Assembly: GCA_964225855.1 (NCBI GenBank)
Contig: CAXQPR010000039.1
Location: 8,889-72,888 of the forward strand
Length of the DNA stretch: 64,000 nt
Reading direction: 5' to 3'
Origin: Salipiger bermudensis
GTDB taxonomy: Bacteria; Cyanobacteriota; Cyanobacteriia; PCC-6307; Cyanobiaceae
Shown: one piece after another, positions 40,891-50,906 of the stretch
Position numbering within the stretch: position 1 is the stretch's first letter
Layout: each line of letters starts with the position of its first letter
Position numbers and translations under genes: made by a program
The notes under the pieces: generated by a model
What the model saw: the letters and a program-made list of their open reading frames with translations, nothing else
What the model was told of the DNA's origin: nothing
Database searches by the model: none

Positions 40891-42003
40891 TCAGCCAACT
40901 CCTATCTGACCAACAGGTGAGATCGCCGTGATCCGCCAAGGGAGCGTGTCTCCACCATGGAACAGCACTGGAGCCTGGTCGGCTTCAAGGGAACCCTCAT
41001 CCGCTGAGGGAGGGAAGGGGCCGACCAGACGAGCCGGCACAGCAAGCGGCGTGCGTTCAAGGGTGACGGTGCCCGAGTTGAGAGGAAGGCCGTAAAAACG
41101 AGGGCCAAATTCACTGGCGAAGCCTTCAAGCTGAGGAAGGGCCTCTTCCTGCTCAAACACTGTGGCGTAGCTCTCCAGGGCATGAAGAGCATTGAAGATG
41201 CCGGCACAACCACAGGCTGATTCCTTGCCAGCCCGGGGGTGCGGGGCGGAATCGGTGCCAAGGAAAAAGCAGGGCTCACCGCTGGTGGCCGCCTTGACCA
41301 AAGCACGACGGTGGGTCTCGCGCTTCACGACCGGAAGACAGTAGAAGTCGCTGCGCAACCCGCCGGCAAACATGGCGTTGCGGTTGAGGTGGAGATGGTG
41401 GGGCGTAATCGTTGCCGCCAGCAACGGACTACGCCCCGACACGTAATCCACGGCTTGAGCGGTGGTGATGTGTTCCAGCACCACCTTCAGGCCTGGATGA
41501 CGTTCGCGCAGGGGAATCAGGTGCCGCTCGATGAACACCGCCTCACGGTCAAAGATGTCGATAACGGAATCGGTGACCTCGCCATGGATGAGCAACGGCA
41601 TCCCCAACGCTTCCATCCTTTCCAGCACTGGAGCGATCGTTTCGAGATCCGTCACCCCCGCCGCTGAATTGGTGGTGGCATTAGCGGGGTAAAGCTTGGC
41701 AGCGGTGAACACCCCATCACGGAAACCTTGCTCCAGCACCTCCGGGGCCAGATCATCGGTGAGATAGGCCGTCATCAAGGGGGTGAACTGCGCCCCATCC
41801 GGCAGGGCGGAAAGGATGCGCTCGCGGTAGGCCAGTGCTGCCTCCACCGTGGTGACGGGTGGCTTGAGGTTGGGCATCACGATGGCCCGCGCGAACACCC
41901 GTGCGGTGGCTGGAAGCACCGCCTGCAACATGGCCCCGTCACGGAGGTGCACATGCCAATCGTCGGGACGACGAAGCGTGAGGCGAGACGGAGCTTCAGT
42001 CAC
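40891..42003 (-). CDS. pyrC: Dihydroorotase (type II)
   Basis: [40 protein letters not shown]. Confidence 0.97.
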   Translation of the reverse strand: MTEAPSRLTLRRPDDWHVHLRDGAMLQAVLPATARVFARAIVMPNLKPPVTTVEAALAYRERILSALPDGAQFTPLMTAYLTDDLAPEVLEQGFRDGVFTAAKLYPANATTNSAAGVTDLETIAPVLERMEALGMPLLIHGEVTDSVIDIFDREAVFIERHLIPLRERHPGLKVVLEHITTAQAVDYVSGRSPLLAATITPHHLHLNRNAMFAGGLRSDFYCLPVVKRETHRRALVKAATSGEPCFFLGTDSAPHPRAGKESACGCAGIFNALHALESYATVFEQEEALPQLEGFASEFGPRFYGLPLNSGTVTLERTPLAVPARLVGPFPPSADEGSLEADQAPVLFHGGDTLPWRITAISPVGQIGVG

Positions 42004-42020
42004 AACGCCAGGGGCAAAGA

Positions 42021-43664
42021 TCAGTTGAGGCCAGCGACCGCGCGGCGCAGTGCATCACAACGGTCGCTGGTGATGCACTCCTCGGGAATCAGCTCTAGCA
42101 ACTTGAGCTTCTCGAGGCGCCGACGGGTGCCACCCGGCAGCAGCACCAAATACACCTGGCGCCCCACTTCAAGGGCTTCCTTGATGGCATTTTCGAGAGC
42201 CAAGGAGGCCGTCACGCCCAGGTGAGAGACCTCGTGGAGGTCAAAGATCACGGCTTCACAGTCGCCAATGGCGTTGTGCTCGCGGGAAATGGCCTTCGCC
42301 ACCCCGAAAATCATCGGCCCTGCCAACTGAAACAACAGCACCCGACCAGAGGCCTGATCCACCAACTGCTGCTCCTCGGCAGACAGCTCCACATCATCAT
42401 CCGTGGTGCTGATGGTCTTCACGCGCTTCGACTGCAAAGCGCTCATCCGGTCGATGGTGAGCACGTTGGCCACAAACACGCCGATGCCCACAGCCGCGAT
42501 TAGATCCACCAGAACAGTGAGCGCAATCACGCCGTAGGTGATCAACGCGGCCTTCACCGACAGGTGATGGGCCCGGCGCAGGAAGTCCCAGTCGATGATG
42601 TCAATACCCACCTTCAATGCGATCCCGGCCAAGACCGCCAGAGGAATCTGGGAGGCAAGGGGAGCGGCGACCAACACCACCACCATCAGGATCACGGCCC
42701 GGATGATCCCGGATAAGGCCGAGCGACCGCCCGCCTGAATATTCACCACCGTGCCCATGGTGGCGCCAGCACCCGGCAGGCCACCGAACAGGCCTGAAGC
42801 AATGTTGGCCAGGCCCTGGCCCACCAATTCTTTGTTGGAATCGTGCTCCGTGCGGGTGAGGCTGTCGGCCACCACCGAAGTAAGCAGAGCATCGATGCAA
42901 CCGAGCATGCCTAAGACAGCCCCATCAACCAACATCAAACTCAGCTGCCCGCCGTCCAACCGAGGCATCTGCGGACTGGGCAATTGCGCGGAGAACTCAC
43001 CAATCACGGCGAGATCCAGCTGCTTGGGCAACAGGATGTAGAGCAAGGTGCCCGCCACCAACGCCAGTAGCTGGGGTGGACAGAACCTCTTCACGAAGGC
43101 GGGCGTGAACCACAGAATCGCGACAGTGACCAAAGCCAGGGCCAGCTCCGGGCCATCAACCTTGCTGAGCAGCTCAGGAATCCGAACGATGGTTCCTTTC
43201 ACCCCTCCTTGGGCTTCTTGGCCAAGAAAGGCCGGCAACTGCAGGATCACAAGGATGGCTCCGATCCCCGACATGAAGCCCGAGATCACCGTGTAGGGCA
43301 TCTGGGTGACATAACGCCCCAGACGGAACACCCCAAACAGGATTTGGAATAAACCGGCCAGGATCACCACCGTGAAGGCCATGGCCAAGCCGGTCTCCTT
43401 ATTAGGAGCGGAGGCGGTGAGGCTGATGATCACCGAGGTGAACACCACGGTCATCGGACCGGTGGGTTCGGAGATCAGCGTGGGGGTGCCCCCAAAGAAA
43501 GCCGCCACCAGGCCGATAATCACGGCACCCCAAAGCCCCGGGCCGGGTTCACCGGTTGCCGCCACACCGAAAGCCAAAGCCATCGGCAGAGCCACCACCG
43601 CCGCTGTCAGTCCACCAAAGGCATCACCTTTGATGTTCTGGGTGCTGATGCGATTCAGAAGCAC
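42021..43664 (-). CDS. bicA: SulP/SLC26 anion transporter, BicA-like, with STAS domain
   Basis: [38 protein letters not shown]-terminal STAS; paralogue identity uncertain. Confidence 0.85.
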   Translation of the reverse strand: MLLNRISTQNIKGDAFGGLTAAVVALPMALAFGVAATGEPGPGLWGAVIIGLVAAFFGGTPTLISEPTGPMTVVFTSVIISLTASAPNKETGLAMAFTVVILAGLFQILFGVFRLGRYVTQMPYTVISGFMSGIGAILVILQLPAFLGQEAQGGVKGTIVRIPELLSKVDGPELALALVTVAILWFTPAFVKRFCPPQLLALVAGTLLYILLPKQLDLAVIGEFSAQLPSPQMPRLDGGQLSLMLVDGAVLGMLGCIDALLTSVVADSLTRTEHDSNKELVGQGLANIASGLFGGLPGAGATMGTVVNIQAGGRSALSGIIRAVILMVVVLVAAPLASQIPLAVLAGIALKVGIDIIDWDFLRRAHHLSVKAALITYGVIALTVLVDLIAAVGIGVFVANVLTIDRMSALQSKRVKTISTTDDDVELSAEEQQLVDQASGRVLLFQLAGPMIFGVAKAISREHNAIGDCEAVIFDLHEVSHLGVTASLALENAIKEALEVGRQVYLVLLPGGTRRRLEKLKLLELIPEECITSDRCDALRRAVAGLN

Positions 43665-43785
43665 TGAACTCCTAAAAAACAGAGTCGGGGAATGTTAAGC
43701 GGCTCCAGCCTGCCAAACGTTCCCTTCCAATCAGCATTCGCAATGCATCCGTGGGAGCAGAATCTCCGCATCAAGCAGATCTGCG

Positions 43786-44889
43786 ATGCCTCCCTTCTTG
43801 CTGTCAGCCCTTGAAGTGCTGGTGGGCATTGCGCTGCTGTTCGGTGGCGGCGAGCTGTTTGTTCAAGGTGCGGTCACCCTGGCGCTGATCTTCGGGATCC
43901 CCCAGCTGGTGATCGGGCTGACCGTGGTGTCGCTGGGCACCAGCGCCCCAGAATTTTTCGTGAGCATTGGCTCAGTGCTCCAAGGCTCTGATGCCCTGGC
44001 CGTGAGCAACGTGGTGGGCAGCAACATCTTCAACGTGATGGTGGTGCTGGGCAGCAGTGCGCTGGTGCTGCCCCTGAAGGTGGAAAGCCGTTTGGTGCGG
44101 CGGGATGTGCCGCTGGTCCTGGCCGTATCGGCTGCGGTCTGGGGCATGGCTTCGACAGGCACGATCACCTGGCAGTCGGGCGTGGCCCTGCTGCTGGCCC
44201 TGGTGATCAACACCATCTGGGAGATCCGCACAGCCCGGGAAGAACCCGAGGAGATGGAAAACGCCGAGCCTGAGATTGATGCCGAAACCGCTGCTGAGGG
44301 CTGGGTCAAGGCGTCGATCCGCTTGGTGGCCGGCATCGTGGTGCTGGGCTTCGGGGCCCAACTTCTGGTCAAAGGCGCGAGCGCAGCCGCACTTCAGCTC
44401 GGCGTGAGTGAAGCCGTGATTGGTCTGACCATCGTCTCGGCTGGCACCTCAATGCCGGAGCTGATCACCTCGTTGGTGGCAGCACTACGGGGCCGCACCG
44501 ACCTGGCGATCGGCAACGTGGTGGGCAGTTGTCTGCTCAACCTGCTCCTGGTGCTGGGGGGCGGCGCCATTGCCGCAGGGGCCCGTGGGCTCCAGGTGAG
44601 CCCTGAACTGATCAACGACGACCTACCGGTGATGCTGCTCACCTGTCTGGCCTGTTTCCCAATCTTCTGGACGAAGGGATCAATCTCCAGGCTGGAAGGT
44701 GGGCTGTTGGTGGGTCTTTACTGCGTTTATCTCGTCGACAATGTGCTTCCCAAAACCGGACTGGCCAGCTGGAGCGATGAATTCCGCCTGGTGGTGCTGT
44801 GTCTGGTGCTGCCAGCCGTGATGGTGATCATCACCACCCAAGCGCTGATCTACTGGCGCCAACTGAAAGATCAACGCACCGGGGTTTGA
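43786..44889 (+). CDS. Na+/Ca2+ antiporter (CaCA, YrbG-like)
   Basis: Two alpha-repeats GTSAPE / GTSMPE with GSN/GSC. Confidence 0.92.
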   Translation: MPPFLLSALEVLVGIALLFGGGELFVQGAVTLALIFGIPQLVIGLTVVSLGTSAPEFFVSIGSVLQGSDALAVSNVVGSNIFNVMVVLGSSALVLPLKVESRLVRRDVPLVLAVSAAVWGMASTGTITWQSGVALLLALVINTIWEIRTAREEPEEMENAEPEIDAETAAEGWVKASIRLVAGIVVLGFGAQLLVKGASAAALQLGVSEAVIGLTIVSAGTSMPELITSLVAALRGRTDLAIGNVVGSCLLNLLLVLGGGAIAAGARGLQVSPELINDDLPVMLLTCLACFPIFWTKGSISRLEGGLLVGLYCVYLVDNVLPKTGLASWSDEFRLVVLCLVLPAVMVIITTQALIYWRQLKDQRTGV

Positions 44890-44975
44890 TCAGTCGATTT
44901 CGACAAAACTCATCAGGAAGGATGACCTCTGCCTAGAAGCTGGACATCCTGAAAGGGTTGTTCTTCGGCTTGCCG

Positions 44976-45476
44976 ATGCTCGGGCTACTTCCGCCCCTCA
45001 ACGACAAGAACCTCCCCTGGCTCGACGTCATTCATCCCATCGTGGTCCATTTCGTGATCGCGATGGCGCTGATCAGCGTCGTGTTCGACCTGATTGGTGT
45101 GGTGACAGGACGCCGCAATTTATTTGAGGTCAGCTTCTGGAATCTGCTGGTGGCGACGGTGGCGATTTTTGTCGCCATCATCTTCGGGCAGATCGAAGCG
45201 GGGCTGGCAAGCCCTTACGGTGCCGCCCGCGACATTCTCAATATCCACAGCACGATCGGCTGGTCTCTGGCCGGCGTGCTCGGATTGCTGACCGGCTGGC
45301 GTTTTGTGGTCCGACAGAAGGACCCCAACCGTTTACCTGGAGGTTTTCTGGCCGTGGATGGCCTGCTGGCCGCCCTGGTGGTTGTTCAGGTGTATCTCGG
45401 CGACAAGCTCGTCTGGGTCTATGGGCTGCACACCGTGCCCGTGGTGGAGGCCGCCCGCAGTGGGGTGCTGTCATGA
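44976..45476 (+). CDS. DUF2231 membrane protein 1 (ARTO operon)
   Basis: HPIVVHF and further TM His residues. Confidence 0.82.
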   Translation: MLGLLPPLNDKNLPWLDVIHPIVVHFVIAMALISVVFDLIGVVTGRRNLFEVSFWNLLVATVAIFVAIIFGQIEAGLASPYGAARDILNIHSTIGWSLAGVLGLLTGWRFVVRQKDPNRLPGGFLAVDGLLAALVVVQVYLGDKLVWVYGLHTVPVVEAARSGVLS

Positions 45477-46105
45477 GCACCACCTGGCTCGGTCTCGGGC
45501 TGATCAGTTCACCGATCAATGAGATCGCTGACCGGCTGGGTCCCAATGATCTGCCTTACGCGATCCCAATCCACCCGAATTTGGTGCACTTCACCATCGG
45601 GTTATTTGCCATCGGCATCGCCTTTGATTTCGCAGGCGCGTTCTACCCCCTCGAGAAAAGGGTATTCCGCTTCCTGGCGCTGCCCGTAACCCGGGTCGGC
45701 TTCCACGACGTGGGCTGGTACAACGTGCTCGCCTGCAGCGTGATCAGCTTTTTCACGGTGGCCGCAGGCTTTTTTGAAATGCTGCTGGCGGTCCCCCTGC
45801 CGGGCGTGCGCAGTGTGTTGGGCCAGAACGCCATCGACACCATGCTTTGGCACGCTGTCGGTGGGGTGGCTCTGCTGCTGATCATCGTGGCGATGACCAT
45901 CTGGCGGGCCTATGAACGCTTCGTCTGGCGCCGGGAACTGGGGCGCCAGGTGAGCTGGCTGTATTTGGCCTGCGGCACTGTCGTGCTGTTGCTGATGGGC
46001 CTGCACGGCAGCCTCGGCGCCTGGCTGGCCAGTGAATTTGGTGTGCACATCACCGCAGACCAACTGCTGGCCGCCGGTGCTGACCTGCGGGAGGTGCTGC
46101 CATGA
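45473..46105 (+). CDS. DUF2231 membrane protein 2 (ARTO operon)
   Basis: HPNLVHF, WHAVGG, GLHG, FGVH; ATGA overlaps at both ends. Confidence 0.82.
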   Translation: MSTTWLGLGLISSPINEIADRLGPNDLPYAIPIHPNLVHFTIGLFAIGIAFDFAGAFYPLEKRVFRFLALPVTRVGFHDVGWYNVLACSVISFFTVAAGFFEMLLAVPLPGVRSVLGQNAIDTMLWHAVGGVALLLIIVAMTIWRAYERFVWRRELGRQVSWLYLACGTVVLLLMGLHGSLGAWLASEFGVHITADQLLAAGADLREVLP

Positions 46106-47007
46106 GATGGGTTGTAATCGGCCTCTGCACCCTGCTCAATCTGGTGTTGAGCCTTCAGGTCGCCCACTGGTCGGTCGACTGGCTCCCAGTGGCGGCCTCG
46201 ACCGCAGCTCCCTATGTGGACGGCTTATTCAGCCTTGAGGTGGGCATTGGCTGCTTCATCTTCGTGGGTTGCGTCGGCTTCATCCTCTGGTCGGTGCTGT
46301 TTAACCGGGCCGAGAAATACGACGAAAGCGACGGCTTACCGATTGAAGGCAACACACGCCTGGAAATCACCTGGACGGTAATCCCGTTTGTGGTGGTGAT
46401 GGCCCTGGCCTTCTATTCCATCCACGTCAATGAGCAACTGGCCTCGCTCGGACCGCAAACCAAATACGACGTTGCCGCCGACCAGGCCCCCGGAGCTGTG
46501 GCAGTTGCCGATACCCGTAGGGATTTCGGCCCGATCGGCGTGATGGCTCGTCAGTGGAGCTGGGAATTTGTCTACCCCAATGGTGTGCGCAGCTCCGAGT
46601 TGCACCTGCCCATTGATCAGCGAGCCAACCTTCAGCTCAGCTCCGCCGATGTCCTCCACAGTTTTTACGTTCCAGCCTTTCGGCTCAAACAAGACATCAT
46701 TCCGGGCAGCGTGATCTCCTACAGCGTCACGCCGACGCGGGCCGGCACCTACCGCCTGAGAGACGCCATGTTCAGCGGCGCCTATTTCTCCCATAACCAG
46801 ACCCACGTGATCGTCGAGTCGGAGGAGGCATTCGACCAATGGTTGAAGCACAGCGCCTCTCAGCCGCTGGTTCCTGGCCTCAGTCCCGCAACACCCCTCT
46901 ACGCGCAAAGGCTTGCCAAAGGGGACCGGGGCTGGGCCACGGTCCCTCCCGCATTACCACCGATGGTCAATGACCCCGGCACCCCTGAAGCGCCCCACGA
47001 CGCCTGA
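46102..47007 (+). CDS. ctaC: Heme-copper oxidase subunit II, ARTO type (no CuA site)
   Basis: LEITWTVIP, QWSW.F.Y, DVLHSF; the CxExCGxxHxxM site reads DAMFSGAYFSHN. Confidence 0.9.
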   Translation: MRWVVIGLCTLLNLVLSLQVAHWSVDWLPVAASTAAPYVDGLFSLEVGIGCFIFVGCVGFILWSVLFNRAEKYDESDGLPIEGNTRLEITWTVIPFVVVMALAFYSIHVNEQLASLGPQTKYDVAADQAPGAVAVADTRRDFGPIGVMARQWSWEFVYPNGVRSSELHLPIDQRANLQLSSADVLHSFYVPAFRLKQDIIPGSVISYSVTPTRAGTYRLRDAMFSGAYFSHNQTHVIVESEEAFDQWLKHSASQPLVPGLSPATPLYAQRLAKGDRGWATVPPALPPMVNDPGTPEAPHDA

Positions 47008-47012
47008 CCCGC

Positions 47013-48698
47013 ATGACCACCAACTACGACCCGCGGGTGCTCAAAGCGCCGCATCCGGTGCCCGGCGCACCCGATAACTGGAAGCGTTTCTTCAGCTTCA
47101 ACACGGATGCCAAGGTGATCGGCATTCAATACATCGGATTAGCACTCTTCTTCCTGCTGGTGGGAGGCCTGCTGGCGATGGTGATGCGTGGCGAACTGAT
47201 CACGCCACCCTCCGATTTGGTGGACCCCAGCGTCTACAACGGCCTCTACACGATGCACGGAACGGTGATGCTGTTCCTGTTTCTATTCCCCGTGCTGAAT
47301 GGATTCAACAATCTGTTGATTCCGACCATGATCGGCGCCCCCGACATGGCTTTCCCGAAGCTGAATGCCGCGGCCTTCTGGCTCGTGCCGGTGTTTGCGG
47401 TGGTGTTGATGGCCAGCTTCTTCGTGCCTGGCGGACCTGCATCAGCAGGGTGGTGGTCCTACCCCCCAGTGAGCATTCAGAACCCATTGGGGCATTTCAT
47501 TAATGGGCAATTTCTCTGGATCCTGGCCGTCGCCCTCTCGGGGATCTCATCGATCATGGGTGCGATCAATTTCGTCACCACGATCATCCGCATGCGGGCT
47601 CCGGGCATGGGGTTCTTCCGCATGCCGGTGTTCGTCTGGACCGCCTGGGCTGCCCAAACCCTTCAACTGGTCGGACTGCCAGCACTCACCGGCGGCGCGA
47701 TCATGCTGCTGTTTGATCTCAGCTTTGGCACCAGTTTCTTCCGCCCGGAAGGGGGTGGAGATCCTGTGCTCTATCAACACTTTTTCTGGTTCTACTCCCA
47801 CCCTGCGGTCTACGTGATGGTGCTGCCGGTGTTTGGCATCTTCTCGGAGCTGATCACGGTTTATTCACGCAAGCCCTTGTTTGGCTATCGCTTTGTGGCC
47901 CTGGCCTCCTTCGTGATCACCTTCCTGGGGCTGATTGTGTGGGTGCATCACATGTTCTATTCCGGCACCCCCCAGTGGATGCGCAATCTGTTCATGGTCA
48001 CCACCATGTTGATCGCCGTCCCCACAGGGGTGAAGGTGTTCGCCTGGCTGGGCACCCTCTGGGGAGGAAAGATCCGGCTGACCACCCCGATGCTGTTTGT
48101 GTTGGGTGGGCTGGTGAACTTCATCTTCGGTGGCATTACCGGCGTGATGCTTGGCACCGCGCCGATCGACATCCATGTAGGCAACACCTACTTCGTGGTC
48201 GCCCATTTCCACTACATCATCTTCAACACCATCGGCTTCGGGATCTTCGCCGGCCTCTATCACTGGTTCCCCAAGTTCACCGGCCGCATGTTCTACGAAG
48301 GACTGGGGAAAGTGCACTTCGCCCTCACCTTCATTGGCGCCACCCTGAACTGGCTTCCCCTGCATTGGGCAGGACTGATGGGGATGCCGCGCCGCGTCGC
48401 GTCCTACGACCCGGAATTCGCCCTTTGGAATGTGATCGCCAGCATCGGTGCCTTCATGCTTGGCGTCGCTTCAATCCCTTTCATCCTCAACATGGTGAGT
48501 TCCTGGGCGCGGGGGCCCAAGGCGCCCGCCAATCCTTGGAAGGCCATCGGCCTGGAGTGGTTACTTCCCTCTCCCCCTCCAGCAGAAAATTTCGAAGATG
48601 ACGTGCCCACGGTGATCAATGAGCCCTATGGCTATGGATTGGGACGTCCACTGGTGAACGACGAGGAGTACTACGTGCGTCGCGCACAGGAGGCCTGA
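47013..48698 (+). CDS. ctaD: Heme-copper oxidase subunit I (ARTO)
   Basis: TMHG, GGDP, YSHPAVY, WVHH, VAHFH, GMPRR. Confidence 0.95.
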   Translation: MTTNYDPRVLKAPHPVPGAPDNWKRFFSFNTDAKVIGIQYIGLALFFLLVGGLLAMVMRGELITPPSDLVDPSVYNGLYTMHGTVMLFLFLFPVLNGFNNLLIPTMIGAPDMAFPKLNAAAFWLVPVFAVVLMASFFVPGGPASAGWWSYPPVSIQNPLGHFINGQFLWILAVALSGISSIMGAINFVTTIIRMRAPGMGFFRMPVFVWTAWAAQTLQLVGLPALTGGAIMLLFDLSFGTSFFRPEGGGDPVLYQHFFWFYSHPAVYVMVLPVFGIFSELITVYSRKPLFGYRFVALASFVITFLGLIVWVHHMFYSGTPQWMRNLFMVTTMLIAVPTGVKVFAWLGTLWGGKIRLTTPMLFVLGGLVNFIFGGITGVMLGTAPIDIHVGNTYFVVAHFHYIIFNTIGFGIFAGLYHWFPKFTGRMFYEGLGKVHFALTFIGATLNWLPLHWAGLMGMPRRVASYDPEFALWNVIASIGAFMLGVASIPFILNMVSSWARGPKAPANPWKAIGLEWLLPSPPPAENFEDDVPTVINEPYGYGLGRPLVNDEEYYVRRAQEA

Positions 48699-48702
48699 TC
48701 CG

Positions 48703-49308
48703 ATGACCGCAGCCCATCCCGAGAGCCCCCTGAATCACACCCCTGGGCAGATCCAACATGACGGCCACAACCTCACGGGCTTCGTCATCTTCCTCTGCTC
48801 CGAAAGCATCATCTTTCTGGCCTTTTTTGCCGGATTTGCCCTGTTGAAAATCACGGCGCCCGAATGGCTACCCGAAGGAGTCGAGGGTCTTGAGACCCGG
48901 ATGCCCCTGATCAACACGATCGTGCTGGTGAGTTCCAGCTTCGTGGCTTACTTCGCCGAACGTCAGCTGCATCATCGCCACCTCTGGGGCTTCCGGGGCT
49001 TCTGGTTGCTCACGATGGCGATGGGCACCTACTTCGTGTATGGCCAATACGTCGAATGGTCAGAGCTGGCGTTCACTCTCCAAAGCGGTGTTTTCGGAGG
49101 AACCTTTTATCTGCTCACCGGATTTCACGGCCTGCATGTGATCACCGGCATCCTGCTGATGGCACTGATGCTGGTGCGCTCATTCCGCACCGATAACTAC
49201 GCCAAAGGGGAGATGGGTGTGGCATCGGTGAGCCTCTTCTGGCACTTCGTGGATGTGATCTGGATCATCCTCTACGTGCTGATTTACGTCTGGCAACGCA
49301 CGAACTGA
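48703..49308 (+). CDS. ctaE: Heme-copper oxidase subunit III (ARTO)
   Basis: FLCSE, NT..LVSSS, TGFHGLHV, WHFVD.IW. Confidence 0.93.
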   Translation: MTAAHPESPLNHTPGQIQHDGHNLTGFVIFLCSESIIFLAFFAGFALLKITAPEWLPEGVEGLETRMPLINTIVLVSSSFVAYFAERQLHHRHLWGFRGFWLLTMAMGTYFVYGQYVEWSELAFTLQSGVFGGTFYLLTGFHGLHVITGILLMALMLVRSFRTDNYAKGEMGVASVSLFWHFVDVIWIILYVLIYVWQRTN

Positions 49309-49327
49309 CCACCTTTCTTCGACGACC

Positions 49328-50848
49328 ATGATCATCGACGATCGCCACTACGACGTGATCATCATCGGCAGTGGAGCCGGTGGCGGAACTCTCGCTGGTG
49401 CCCTGAGCCGGCAGGGCCGCAAGGTGTTGGTGCTGGAACGGGGCGGAGCGATGGCCCTGGCGGATCAGAACGTCGCCGACGTGGATCTGTTCCGCAAAGA
49501 CCGATACCACCCTCGCCAGGAGCGCTGGTTCGGGCCCGATGGAGATCCTTTCGCTCCGCAGACCATGTATGCCCTCGGAGGCAACACGAAGATCTGGGGC
49601 GCGGTGCTGGAACGCATGCGTGAGCGCGACTTCAGTGATCTGCCTCTGCAGAACGGCATCTCCCCGGCCTGGCCATTCGACTACCAGGAGCTGGCCCCTT
49701 ATTACGACGCAGCGGAAACCCTGTATCGGGTGCATGGCAAGAGCGGTGTTGATCCCACAGAGCCACCGCGCTCAAGCCCATTTGGGGAGCCCCCCCGCCC
49801 CTTGGTGCCCTTTCTGGAGCCATTGCGAGAGGCATTGCAACGCCAAGGCTGCCAGCCCTACGACATTCCACTGAGCTGGTCGGACGATGCCGACGACCCC
49901 ACGGGGGACTCGCAACTCTTTGGGCTCGCCGTGGGCGATGACGACCATCTGACCGTACGCAGCGAAGCCAGGGTTCTGCGGCTGCATGTGAACCCCAGTG
50001 GTCGTGCTGTGAAAGGGGTGGAAGCGGAGGTAGCCGGAGATCTGTGGCTGTTTTCCGCCGACCTCGTGGTGCTGGCGGCCGGCGCTATCAACTCACCGGC
50101 CATCCTGCTGCGCTCCCGCAATGACCGCCATCCCCGTGGGCTCAGCAATGGCTCCGATCAGGTGGGGCGCAACCTGATGAACTTGCAGCTGACCTCAATT
50201 CTGCAGCTGGCCACCGAACGCAATGACGGTCGTTACCCGCGATCGCTTGGGATCAACGACTACTACTGGGGCGACAAGAATGTCAGCTTCCCGCTGGGAC
50301 ACATCCAGACCGCCGGAGGTGTGCTGCAGGATGCCCTGTTTGCGGAATCGCCACCGGTGCTGTCACTGGTGAGCAAGCTGATTCCCGACTTTGGCCTGGA
50401 ACGACTGGCCTCCCGCTCCGTGGCCTGGTGGGCGATGACCGAGGTGCTGCCCGATCCCCACAACAAGGTATGGCTCCACCACGACCAGATCCGTATCAAT
50501 TATCTGCACAACAATCGGGAAGCCCACGATCGCCTGGTTTACCGCTGGCTTGACACCCTCAAAGCCGTGGAGGCGGACCCCATCACCAAGGTGGTGAGTC
50601 AAGCTCCCACCCATCCCCGCGGCGAAGCGCCGATGAGCGTGGTGGGCTACAGCTGCGGAACCTGTCGGATGGGAACAGATCCGGCCTCCTCCGTGGTGGA
50701 CGCGGATGGCCGCTGCCATGAGCTCGACAACCTCTACATCGCCGACACGAGCGTGTTTCCCAGCTGTCCGAGTGTGGGCCCGGGACTCACCGCCATTGCC
50801 CTGGCCCTCCGCCTGAGCGAGAACCTGAGCCGGCGCCTGGACGGATAA
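49328..50848 (+). CDS. GMC-family flavoprotein (catalytic pair atypical)
   Basis: IIGSGAGG, ERG, GGNTKIWGA, LAAGAINSP, GTCRMG, NLYIAD.S.FP. Confidence 0.88.
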   Translation: MIIDDRHYDVIIIGSGAGGGTLAGALSRQGRKVLVLERGGAMALADQNVADVDLFRKDRYHPRQERWFGPDGDPFAPQTMYALGGNTKIWGAVLERMRERDFSDLPLQNGISPAWPFDYQELAPYYDAAETLYRVHGKSGVDPTEPPRSSPFGEPPRPLVPFLEPLREALQRQGCQPYDIPLSWSDDADDPTGDSQLFGLAVGDDDHLTVRSEARVLRLHVNPSGRAVKGVEAEVAGDLWLFSADLVVLAAGAINSPAILLRSRNDRHPRGLSNGSDQVGRNLMNLQLTSILQLATERNDGRYPRSLGINDYYWGDKNVSFPLGHIQTAGGVLQDALFAESPPVLSLVSKLIPDFGLERLASRSVAWWAMTEVLPDPHNKVWLHHDQIRINYLHNNREAHDRLVYRWLDTLKAVEADPITKVVSQAPTHPRGEAPMSVVGYSCGTCRMGTDPASSVVDADGRCHELDNLYIADTSVFPSCPSVGPGLTAIALALRLSENLSRRLDG

Positions 50849-50906
50849 CGGCTGCGCGGGATTCCATGGTTTTGACAGGCTGAGGGGATGAGAACCACCC
50901 AGCGCC

